Source: Candidatus Nanosyncoccus sp. (lineage in GTDB: Bacteria > Patescibacteriota > Saccharimonadia > Saccharimonadales > Saccharimonadaceae). Taken from it: a stretch of DNA of 64,000 nucleotides. A model generated the notes under the pieces. It made no database searches, had not been told where the DNA came from, and was given only the letters and a program-made list of their open reading frames with translations. The DNA is taken from assembly GCA_045544765.1 (NCBI GenBank), contig JAZPZQ010000022.1:9837-73836 (forward strand), given 5' to 3'. Every line of letters begins with the position of its first letter. Position 1 is the stretch's first letter. Below are positions 19,222-27,924 of the stretch, piece by piece. The position numbers were made by a program, and so were the translations under genes.

Positions 19222-22200
19222 ATGTTTTCGAGCGGCTATATGGGAAGACTCGAGCTAATTCGAGCACTTCCTACGAAGGAAGAGAAAGCTAAGGCGTCAC
19301 GCCTAGTTCTTCGTGAAGTACTCGAACAAATCTTTCCAGAGAAATCAGCTAAGAAAAAGAAAAAATACTCTCTTCTTGAGCTGATTGACTGCTCCCCAAT
19401 AAGAAACTATGTAAACGACGATCAGGTTACCGAATCGCTTCACTTTATTCGTATTATAGGTATTCGTGCTGAACATAATCAGCCAGTTCGTGAGAAAGAT
19501 GTAAAAATTGCCGTAGATAACCTGGAATACTTCATAAAGTTCTTGGACAACAAGAATAACACTTATGAAGAGCCAACGAAGTCTCCGGAATATTTCTCGG
19601 AAGCTGAAACTAGGGCGGCATATATCGACATGTATCTACGCGAAGCCGGATGGGATGTACTAACCCAAAAAGGCGTAGCCCTTCCTGGTAAAGCCGGTAT
19701 AGAAATAGAAGTCGGCAATATGCCTAACAACGCAGGTGTTGGCTACTGCGATTATGTACTTTACGACCGCGCCGGCAAGCCACTTGCTGTTGTCGAAGCG
19801 AAAAAGACTTCAAAGGATCCGCAAATTGGCCGTCATCAGGCAGACCTTTATGCGGAATCGCTGAAAGAAAAGTTTGGTTATAAACCAGTAATCTACTACA
19901 CAAATGGCTACGAGACCCATGTTATTGATGGCGTTTATCCTGATCGGAAAGTAACAGCATTCCACACTCTTGAAGAACTTGAGCGTATGATTCAGCGCCG
20001 AAATCGCGGCAATATAACTGATATGGCCGCAAAAGACGAAATCGCTGGCCGTCCATACCAAAAGATGGCCCTTACGCGCATGTGTGAGCGCTTTAACGCG
20101 CATCATCGCCGCGGACTAGTAGTTATGGCTACCGGCACCGGTAAAACGCGTGTATCAATCGCTTTGACGGATATTTTGGCAAGAAATGGCTGGATCAAGA
20201 ATGTCCTATTCTTAGCCGATCGAACTTCTCTCGTTAAGCAGGCAAAACGTAACTACGCAAAGCTTCTGCCAGATATGACAATCTGCGAGCTTTCTGAAGG
20301 CGGAAACGCAAACAAAGACATGAATGCTCGCTTGATGTTCTGTACTTATCAAACGATGATCAACTATATTGACGCCGAAGACAAAGATTTCTCGACTGGA
20401 CGTTTTGACTTGATTATCGTCGATGAGGCACACCGCTCAATCTTTAACCGTTACGCTTCGATTTTTGCCTATTTCGATAGCTTACTTGTCGGCTTTACCG
20501 CTACACCACGCGACGAAGTCGGAAGTAGCACATATGGAATATTCGAGTGTGAATCCGGAGAGCCAACTTTTGATTATCCACTAGAAGATGCAATTAAAGA
20601 GCATTATCTTGTAGGCTATGAAGTTATTAACCGTCATTCCCGTATTATGACGCAAGGTATTAAGCGCGAAGAACTGGACGAAGATCAACTCGAACAGTTG
20701 GATGATTTTCTTGAAGGCGACCGCGAAACGCCAGACTTAACAATTCCGGCAAATGCAATTTTCCGCTCTATTTTCAATGAAGATACTTGTCGCAGCGTAC
20801 TTGAAGACTTAATGGAAAAAGGCATCCGCGTAAATGGCGGTGAAACTATCGGAAAAACAATCATTTTTGCATACAACCACAAACACGCCGAAATGATCGT
20901 TAATGAATTCAAGAAGCTTTACCCCCATCTTCCATCAAATACCTGTCAGTTGGTCGACTATTCCGTAAACTACGCCGAAGATCTAGTAGTTAAGTTTGAC
21001 ACCGATGATGAGTTTAGAATTGCTGTTTCTGTCGATATGCTCGACACCGGTATCGATGTTCCTGCCGTTTCCAACCTCATGTTCTTCAAGCCAGTGCGTT
21101 CAAAGATTAAGTTTGTCCAGATGATTGGTCGCGGTACGCGTCTCTGCCCAGACTTGTTTGGTCCAGGCAACGACAAAAAGAAGTTCCTTATCTTCGATTA
21201 TTGCGATAACTTTGAATATTTCCAGGTAGAACATAACGAAGTAGTTAGCGCCGGCGATAAAGTTTCACTATCGCAAAGAATCTTCGCACTTCGATCAGAA
21301 ATCGCATATAGCCTCCAAGATTTCGAAAGTCAAGAAGACGAATTTCTCAGTAGCTATCGCGACAAAACCGTCCGCATACTCCTCGATATTGTTAAGGATT
21401 TAAAGAAAAGTACCAACCGTATTGCTGTTCGCCAAAATCTAAAATACGTCGATAAATATAACAACGACAAAGCATGGCTTGCTCTAACACCTGTAAATGT
21501 TCATGAACTTAAGACTTTTGTCGCACCACTTATTGAAGGCGGCTCTGACTCCGATTTCAAGGCTCTATCATTCGATATTAGAATGATGAGGATCCAGAGA
21601 GCAATATTGAAAAATACCCCAGCTTATGCGACTGCCGACGTAAAGAAAGTACGCGAAATAGCGCAATACCTTCTTCAAAACAAGATGACTATTCCGCAGG
21701 TTGAAGCCAAGAAAGATGATCTTAAAGAGCTATATGATGAATCTAGCTGGAATGAGCCACAAGTAAAAGACCTAGAGCGTCTACGCGATTCCGTACGCGA
21801 GCTAATTAAGTACATTACTGGCGACGAACTCAGATTAATCGATATCGACGTAAGCGACGAACTTGTAGATCCAGACTTCCAACCAGACGGTACAGTTATC
21901 GATATTCGCACATACAAGGAACGTGTAATTGATTACTTAACGAAGAATGGCGACGACATAACCATTGAAAAGATTCGCAATCTTGAAAAACTTGATCAGA
22001 AAGATGCTGAAAAGCTCAAACAATTGCTTTGGTTTGATTTAGGCTCCGAAGACGAATATAACGAGAATGCAAATGGTAAAAGCCTTGCTGCATTCGTACG
22101 TAGCTTGATAGGTATAGACCAAGATGCTGTAAATGAAAAGTTTGGCGAGTACCTTAATGCTCATCAACTTAATTCTAAACAGCAAGAATTCATTAATTTT

Positions 22201-22356
22201 ATCGTCAAATATGTCCAAAAGAACGGCGACATTGAACTTGCTGACCTACTAAAGACGGATCCGTTCAAATCCATCGACTGGAATGAACTATTTGGTGGCA
22301 ACGTAGAGCCAATCAAATACACTGTATCAGTACTCCATGATGCAATTGCCGCATAA
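19222..22356 (+). CDS. hsdR: Type I R-M restriction subunit (probable start 19222; frame open from 18646)
   Basis: DYVLY...VEAKK nuclease, MATGTGKT, DEAH, SVDMLDTG, QMIGRGTR. TGGTATAAT at 19204-19212 sits 9 nt before ATG 19222. Confidence 0.93.
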   Translation: MFSSGYMGRLELIRALPTKEEKAKASRLVLREVLEQIFPEKSAKKKKKYSLLELIDCSPIRNYVNDDQVTESLHFIRIIGIRAEHNQPVREKDVKIAVDNLEYFIKFLDNKNNTYEEPTKSPEYFSEAETRAAYIDMYLREAGWDVLTQKGVALPGKAGIEIEVGNMPNNAGVGYCDYVLYDRAGKPLAVVEAKKTSKDPQIGRHQADLYAESLKEKFGYKPVIYYTNGYETHVIDGVYPDRKVTAFHTLEELERMIQRRNRGNITDMAAKDEIAGRPYQKMALTRMCERFNAHHRRGLVVMATGTGKTRVSIALTDILARNGWIKNVLFLADRTSLVKQAKRNYAKLLPDMTICELSEGGNANKDMNARLMFCTYQTMINYIDAEDKDFSTGRFDLIIVDEAHRSIFNRYASIFAYFDSLLVGFTATPRDEVGSSTYGIFECESGEPTFDYPLEDAIKEHYLVGYEVINRHSRIMTQGIKREELDEDQLEQLDDFLEGDRETPDLTIPANAIFRSIFNEDTCRSVLEDLMEKGIRVNGGETIGKTIIFAYNHKHAEMIVNEFKKLYPHLPSNTCQLVDYSVNYAEDLVVKFDTDDEFRIAVSVDMLDTGIDVPAVSNLMFFKPVRSKIKFVQMIGRGTRLCPDLFGPGNDKKKFLIFDYCDNFEYFQVEHNEVVSAGDKVSLSQRIFALRSEIAYSLQDFESQEDEFLSSYRDKTVRILLDIVKDLKKSTNRIAVRQNLKYVDKYNNDKAWLALTPVNVHELKTFVAPLIEGGSDSDFKALSFDIRMMRIQRAILKNTPAYATADVKKVREIAQYLLQNKMTIPQVEAKKDDLKELYDESSWNEPQVKDLERLRDSVRELIKYITGDELRLIDIDVSDELVDPDFQPDGTVIDIRTYKERVIDYLTKNGDDITIEKIRNLEKLDQKDAEKLKQLLWFDLGSEDEYNENANGKSLAAFVRSLIGIDQDAVNEKFGEYLNAHQLNSKQQEFINFIVKYVQKNGDIELADLLKTDPFKSIDWNELFGGNVEPIKYTVSVLHDAIAA

Positions 22357-22367
22357 AAAAGACCACC

Positions 22368-22718
22368 CTACTGGGCGGCTTTTTGATACGCTTCTACAGC
22401 TTCGCGAACTCCGCATTCTGGACAAATCTCCGTCTCGTTATCTACGCGAGATAAAGCCGGATGCTCCGTAAACTCTTTTTTGCATTTCGGACAACACTGA
22501 AGCTCTAGGATCTTGTAAGCCATAGTTTTAGGTAGAGATTCAAGCTCCTCTCGCAGAATATCTTCGTCATCGTAACGCTTAGCGTCAACTAAAAACGAAG
22601 AATATTGCTCGTTCGACTTAAGATCCACACCGTTGTTGTCATATTTGCCGACATAATACCAAATATCTTTATCGTGAATTACGCCGATAACGTATTCACA
22701 TATACTAACATTACTCAT
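22368..22718 (-). CDS. Small protein with C-terminal zinc ribbon (mobile-element type)
   Basis: CPKC...PALSRVDNETEICPECG; SD AAGGAG. Confidence 0.75.
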   Translation of the reverse strand: MSNVSICEYVIGVIHDKDIWYYVGKYDNNGVDLKSNEQYSSFLVDAKRYDDEDILREELESLPKTMAYKILELQCCPKCKKEFTEHPALSRVDNETEICPECGVREAVEAYQKAAQ

Positions 22719-22734
22719 ATAAATACTCCTTAAT

Positions 22735-22839
22735 AACCCTGCAAGGTCTTTTCTAACACCGACCGTTAAAGAGCAACTTTAGATTAAAGTTAATATTCGG
22801 TTGTGGGTTAGTTAAAATTGCGGCTCCCTTTGCAGGGTT
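22735..22839 (-). ncRNA. Candidate structured 5' leader RNA
   Basis: Three nested helices (see findings) between a TTGCAA/TAAATT promoter and the SD. Confidence 0.4.
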
Positions 22840-22926
22840 GTCCAATTTAACCTTACTTTGGGACATTTTGCAAGTCATTCCACACCTTACGACCCCAAGA
22901 AGATATGGTATAATATAGACAACTAA

Positions 22927-23715
22927 TTGGAAGTTGTAATGCCTGAAAATGTAACAGAATTAGTAACCGACTTAATTGAGCTTCATCGTGAAGGAGTCGA
23001 CTTTGCTAATTTGTTCCATGAAACTTCCGAACTCTCGAAATCGGGCAAAGACGACCAATCCATCTTAGAGCACATCGACTACGAGCTTATTTATCTCAGC
23101 GACAAACACGAAGATATAACCAACCCTAAAGAAAAAGCCAAAAGGTACTACGACGACTGGGGTTTCAAATGCCTAGATCTACTCTGTAATATCGTGCCGC
23201 AACGATTCATCTTCAAATATATGAATTCAAAAGCCCAAATTCCGAATGATGCAGATTACTACGAAAAAATCGCATTAAGTTTTAATGCTGAGACGAAGGC
23301 ACTAGCCGAGATAATCCCAGAAATTGAGCGCGAATACGAAGACGGGCACAAACAGCTCTTCTATGACGACGATAAAGATATTAAGGTGAACTACGATCCA
23401 AAAACTCGCACGATCCACGTCGGCAATAAAGTAGTGCGTTTCCGCGAAGACGCGCCATTCACTCCTGCTCTTTGCGAAATTATATTTAAGGATCCAACAA
23501 AACTTTACGAATTACGCGATTTTCAGACCGTCTGGGATGATTTGTATGACTATATAGGTAATGAACGCCCTTCGGACTGGCACCGCGTCTACGAGGTCTT
23601 AAAACGCCTTAACGAACGCATTCGCAATATCGCCGGAATCGACGATTTATTTGAACTAAATACAAAATCAGTTAGAATTAATAATAGTTTTTTGAATGAT
23701 AGACAAAGAAAATAA
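22927..23715 (+). CDS. Hypothetical protein with probable C-terminal OmpR-like winged helix
   Basis: Beta-strands YDPKTRTIHVG, recognition helix RVYEVLKRLNERI, terminal wing. ATG at 22939 is the likelier start. Confidence 0.6.
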   Translation: MEVVMPENVTELVTDLIELHREGVDFANLFHETSELSKSGKDDQSILEHIDYELIYLSDKHEDITNPKEKAKRYYDDWGFKCLDLLCNIVPQRFIFKYMNSKAQIPNDADYYEKIALSFNAETKALAEIIPEIEREYEDGHKQLFYDDDKDIKVNYDPKTRTIHVGNKVVRFREDAPFTPALCEIIFKDPTKLYELRDFQTVWDDLYDYIGNERPSDWHRVYEVLKRLNERIRNIAGIDDLFELNTKSVRINNSFLNDRQRK

Positions 23716-24460
23716 GAAATGCAGACTCTGCGACGCGCCTTTAACTGCAAGTAATAAGAGAAGGTCTCATGCTCTTACAAAGGCATCATTTTTTGATCCG
23801 CCGACACTTAAGCCTGGCGAACATCTCCTACTACTATCGCCATACTGTCCAAACGAAGTAGACGCAGGACATCATACGTGGGAATACGCATTATGTGCAG
23901 ACTGCGAGTTAAAACTTGCTAAATGGGAACAAGAAAGAGAACGATTCTTGTCGTCCGCAGACAGGCCGACGAAAACTCCAGAAGAGCAGCCATGTGTTTT
24001 TGCCGAAGATTTTAATCAAGAATATATCGTTTTAGCCTGTCTTTCGGATTTGTATAGATGTCATATATTCACAGATTCGGCCTATAGTGGTGTAAATTTA
24101 GGCGAAAAACATTCAAGTAAAATAGCATCAATTTTAAATCAAGGAAAAATAGATAATTATAATGACTACCCTATAGTTTTCAGGCGTTTTAACAATAAAA
24201 ATAATATAGCAGATGAGGCTTTCCAGGTGCCTTATAAAGTTCGCTTCGAAAACCGCATTGTATGCTATGAGGTTATAGCACCTAGAGGCTGGACTTGGAT
24301 GATAAAAGTTGATAGCCAATCGAGCGAATTATTTGAAAAATACGCTCTTGGATCGTCTTCTAAAATTCATATTTTTAATGCTGGGGACATACAAGAAAAT
24401 AGGAACCGAAGAATCTTTGGCGGATTTATATCTGCTGCCTTGAGAGGTCTTGGTAAATAG
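23696..24460 (+). CDS. Zn-binding HNH-like putative nuclease
   Basis: CRLC...SHAL...CADCE arrangement typical of His-Me finger proteins; overlaps the upstream gene. Confidence 0.5.
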   Translation: MIDKENKKCRLCDAPLTASNKRRSHALTKASFFDPPTLKPGEHLLLLSPYCPNEVDAGHHTWEYALCADCELKLAKWEQERERFLSSADRPTKTPEEQPCVFAEDFNQEYIVLACLSDLYRCHIFTDSAYSGVNLGEKHSSKIASILNQGKIDNYNDYPIVFRRFNNKNNIADEAFQVPYKVRFENRIVCYEVIAPRGWTWMIKVDSQSSELFEKYALGSSSKIHIFNAGDIQENRNRRIFGGFISAALRGLGK

Positions 24461-24530
24461 CGCAATATTATCGCAATAATAACGCTGAACTCTCTTTTTG
24501 TATCCTTGGAATATGGAATGAAGAGGTAAT

Positions 24531-24647
24531 ATAACGTATCAGAAAGACAAGAAACTGGAGCAACAAGCACTCGTAAAGTTTCTAGAAATATTAATCGATA
24601 TAGACAAGCGCGAACATGTCGTTAATAAGGATGACGACAATGAATAG
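24531..24647 (+). CDS. Possible 38-aa helical microprotein (non-canonical ATA start)
   Basis: ITYQKDKKLEQQALVKFLEILIDIDKREHVVNKDDDNE*; GAGGT 3 nt before ATA; stop overlaps the SpoVG-like start. Confidence 0.35.
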   Translation: MTYQKDKKLEQQALVKFLEILIDIDKREHVVNKDDDNE

Positions 24648-24957
24648 CTTTATATCAGAAATCGAAATAATGCCAGTAAAGCCACATGGCGGACTGGTGG
24701 CCTTCGCAAGCTTTGTGCTATACGGAACGATTTACTGTAGTTCCGTCGGCATCATGACGCGACTAGACGGCTCATATAGACTCACCTTTCCGACCAAAAA
24801 GGTTGGACTGAATAGCTTCGGAATATTCTACCCGATAGACCGATATGTCGGGCAAGAAATAGAAGAAGCAGTGATTAGTAAATATGAAGACGTAATGAGA
24901 GCTAGTGATGATCGATACTGTGATTCTCCGAGTGAACTACCCCAATTTCAGGATTAG
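24640..24957 (+). CDS. SpoVG-like nucleic-acid-binding protein
   Basis: ISEIEIMPVK...GLVAFASFVL...RLTFPTKK...FYPI...IEEAVI; AAGGA SD before ATG 24640. Confidence 0.7.
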   Translation: MNSFISEIEIMPVKPHGGLVAFASFVLYGTIYCSSVGIMTRLDGSYRLTFPTKKVGLNSFGIFYPIDRYVGQEIEEAVISKYEDVMRASDDRYCDSPSELPQFQD

Positions 24958-26119
24958 CCCGAGTGTTTATCGCAAGTTCTCTCCTTCTGCTCATGGCATC
25001 TTTGGACCACCATACTATTCTTTTGGATCCGGCAAAGTTATTAAATGTGTATTACAGATAAAAGCGAAAGATAAGAAGCTAGGAGTATATCAGCCGCGCG
25101 TAACGCTTATGAAAGCGGTACGAGCCGGTGGCGTTTCTGTATTCTTGCACATCGAATTTTCGGCACCAAAGATTCTTTATAATAATAACTTTGACGAGCT
25201 TAGCTCTGGCGACTTTAAAGCCGTCTGCGCGGAACTATATCGCAAACTATATAAGCTTGGAATCGAGATTAAAAGAAACCAAATAGAAAGAGCCGAAGTT
25301 AAGACGATTCACTTTGGCAAGAATATCATATTTGACGATTACCGGACTGCGGCTAGTGTAATTGGCGATATTGCGAAAGCGAATGTATCGACCAGGAAGC
25401 AAGCCGATATGCGCGTATATCGGAACGATGGCGAAGCTCTGCATTTTTATAGTGCAAGCCAAGCCATTGCGATTTATGATAAGCGAAGAGAGCTGGCTAA
25501 GTCTCGCGTCAGCGAGCGCGGACTACTCGAGAAAGATAACTACTGCCAACTTACGCTATTTGATAATATCCGTAGCAAGAAGCCCTTTGAGGTGGTGCGT
25601 GTTGAAGCGCGATACAACACTAAGCGCGCTTTCAATACCGCGCTGAAACACGCTCTCGAGTACGGCCGCGCGAGCGATAGTGTCATGAAGCTCACTACAA
25701 AGCAAAAGCTTGTTTTCGTAGATATATTCAACGAAGAGTTAGCCAAGACACTACTTGAATATGAATTTGCGCAGATTGAGGCGAAGAATCTAGACTTAAA
25801 CGAAACGATTATGAATACAGCTACAAGCTTCCTTCATGAGATAAATACATTAAACCCAAAAGCAACTCTAGCACAACGCCTAGAGACTTTGGCAATATGG
25901 AGCCTAATGCGCGAAACCGGAAGCCGAGACGTTCGTAAAATGACCGGTGCTAATTCGGCGCAGTGGTCCAGGCTTACGAAGAAGATATCGAAAATCTATT
26001 TTAGAACGAGAAAGAGTAGCTCTACTAGCTACATAGAAGATAAACTGGCCGAATTCAAGCAAGTACGATTGCTTGAATACTTCACAGAATTAAATAAGGT
26101 GCGCGCTGGGCCAGACTAG
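24905..26119 (+). CDS. Rolling-circle replication initiator (phage gpII/X, CRI/Rep_trans-like)
   Basis: MIDTV, IEFSAPKILYNNNF, IYDKRRE, VRVEARY. Confidence 0.65.
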   Translation: MMIDTVILRVNYPNFRISPSVYRKFSPSAHGIFGPPYYSFGSGKVIKCVLQIKAKDKKLGVYQPRVTLMKAVRAGGVSVFLHIEFSAPKILYNNNFDELSSGDFKAVCAELYRKLYKLGIEIKRNQIERAEVKTIHFGKNIIFDDYRTAASVIGDIAKANVSTRKQADMRVYRNDGEALHFYSASQAIAIYDKRRELAKSRVSERGLLEKDNYCQLTLFDNIRSKKPFEVVRVEARYNTKRAFNTALKHALEYGRASDSVMKLTTKQKLVFVDIFNEELAKTLLEYEFAQIEAKNLDLNETIMNTATSFLHEINTLNPKATLAQRLETLAIWSLMRETGSRDVRKMTGANSAQWSRLTKKISKIYFRTRKSSSTSYIEDKLAEFKQVRLLEYFTELNKVRAGPD

Positions 26120-26217
26120 CGCTTATGTAGGGTGGTTCTTTACGGCTATTTTAGTTGCAAATAGCCCAGCTCCAAAGGTCCATTTATGATATGGACTTAT
26201 GAAAGGTTTAGGGTATT

Positions 26218-27924
26218 ATGTTTGATAACATGGGAAACTCTACCCCTGTAAATACCGGCCAAACTAACGAGCCGCAACTAACAAGAAAAGCCGTTCTATT
26301 CGCTCGCGTATCAACGGCGCGACAAGAAAAAGAAGGCTTATCTCTCGATGAAATTCAGCTACCGCGAATGCGCGATTATGCAATCGAGCAAAACTTGAAA
26401 ATCGTACGAGAATACGCCATTGGCGAGACTGGCGGCAGCTACAAGGAGCGTAAACGTTTCAACGAGATGATCCAGTTTCTAAAGGATAATCCGGACGTAA
26501 CGGATATTATCGCCTTCCGCGTAGATCGTATTACCAGGAACTTCCGCGACGCGGTAACGATTGAAGACTTACGTATTAAATACGGCAAGCGTATCCACTG
26601 TGTCGATGAAAGACTGATTCTCTCGGAGAATAGCCGCGCGACCGACCTCACATCTTGGAATGTGAAGGTTTTTGTGGGTCAGGAATATCTGAACCGTATT
26701 AAGGAAGATGGCTTAAACACGAAGATTAATAAACTGTCGCGTGGCGAGCTACCATGGAGCGCGCCTTATGGTTATGAATTTAGGACCATTAGTGTCAGAC
26801 CGAAGGTTAAAAACGTCGTACCAGTAGAACCGGCCGCCTCGATCGTAAAAGAAGTATTCTTGCTCTTCTCAACCGGAACTTATTCATGTAGGACTTTGGC
26901 GAGACTAATGAACAAGAAATACGGAACTAAATTCTCTCAAGGAATCATCCATAAATTCCTAAGATGCGAGTTTTATGTTGGATTTATTATCGATAAAAAA
27001 GGCGGAAAGAAATATCCGCATAATTATGAGAAGATAATAGATCGGGAGTTATTCGATATGGTCAACCAGATATTGGACAAGAGAAATCTAAAGAGCGACG
27101 ACCAGGTACCAAAGTATGGCGGAATAGACTCAGCTTATCGCGGTTTAATAAGGTGTGAAGAGTGTGGATGCACGATAACGCCAGAATTTAAGAAGCGCAA
27201 ACTAAGACATGGCGGCTATAATTACCATAAATACTACCACTGCACAAATCGACGCGGAGCACATAAGAGCTTGAAAAGCTATACCGAAAGCTACCTTGAT
27301 GAGCAAGTAAAAGAGTTCTTAAGAGGCTTAAAGCTAACCGAGGAAGAATTGGACGGAGTCAGAAAGGCACTGGCCGAAGCACACGCTGGAAAGATAGATT
27401 TCTATCGCGAGCAACGCCGAAGCTTGTCTCAAAAGCGCAAGAAACTAGAAGCGAGACAACAGGAAGCTTACGATATGTTGATGGACAAGAGTATTACTCT
27501 GGAACTTTATAACCAAAATAACGAGCGATATCGCAACGAACTGGCCGAGATCCAGGCGCAAGAAGCCGCGCTAGATCGAGCCGACGACAACTTCTATACT
27601 AACGCCGGCTATATCTTGAAAGTCTTTAAATATGCCGATAAATTATTCGACGTCGCGACGACGGCCGAAAAAAGAGACCTAATTGGTCTCGTCACGTGTT
27701 CGAACCGAACTTTAGGACCTAGTGGGCTGATATTACAGGGGTCAGGACCGTTCGCTCGGAACCTTTTGGACTCTAAAACTAAAAATGGCTGGGGTGAAGG
27801 GATTCGAACCCCTGAATGGTGGGACCAGAACCCACTGCCTTACCACTTGGCGACACCCCAGTACAAAACTAATTATATCACAAGTTTATTCGCTTCGCAA
27901 CGCTTCCACCGGGTCTTTGCGTGA
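26218..27924 (+). CDS. Large serine recombinase (integrase)
   Basis: LFARVS catalytic Ser, VDRITRN, APYGY, Zn ribbon CEECG...YYHC, coiled coil. The last ~46 codons are antisense tRNA and flank. Confidence 0.93.
   Translation: MFDNMGNSTPVNTGQTNEPQLTRKAVLFARVSTARQEKEGLSLDEIQLPRMRDYAIEQNLKIVREYAIGETGGSYKERKRFNEMIQFLKDNPDVTDIIAFRVDRITRNFRDAVTIEDLRIKYGKRIHCVDERLILSENSRATDLTSWNVKVFVGQEYLNRIKEDGLNTKINKLSRGELPWSAPYGYEFRTISVRPKVKNVVPVEPAASIVKEVFLLFSTGTYSCRTLARLMNKKYGTKFSQGIIHKFLRCEFYVGFIIDKKGGKKYPHNYEKIIDRELFDMVNQILDKRNLKSDDQVPKYGGIDSAYRGLIRCEECGCTITPEFKKRKLRHGGYNYHKYYHCTNRRGAHKSLKSYTESYLDEQVKEFLRGLKLTEEELDGVRKALAEAHAGKIDFYREQRRSLSQKRKKLEARQQEAYDMLMDKSITLELYNQNNERYRNELAEIQAQEAALDRADDNFYTNAGYILKVFKYADKLFDVATTAEKRDLIGLVTCSNRTLGPSGLILQGSGPFARNLLDSKTKNGWGEGIRTPEWWDQNPLPYHLATPQYKTNYITSLFASQRFHRVFA
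27786..27860 (-). tRNA. tRNA-Gln(CTG)
   Basis: Cloverleaf; anticodon arm GTGGG-TTCTGGT-CCCAC; GGTTCGAATCC; encoded CCA. Confidence 0.96.

Larger units (their letters stand above)
11524..27792 (+). mobile_element. Putative ~16.3 kb integrative element at tRNA-Gln (SpoVG-like/Rep/LSR core, defence cargo)
   Basis: LSR runs into the tRNA 3' end; Rep gene and R-M cargo present. Left end inferred from a 7-bp TGGCTGG (11524-11530) matching 27786-27792; this boundary is tentative. Confidence 0.65.

Noticed and set aside
20184-20193. 10-bp match AAATGGCTGG to the tRNA-Gln end as attL
   Set aside because: Lies inside the intact hsdR coding sequence (RNGW); most likely chance.
27786-27924. C-terminal GWGEGIRTPEWWDQ... 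of the recombinase as a real domain
   Set aside because: It is read-through across the antisense tRNA beyond the att site, not an evolved domain.
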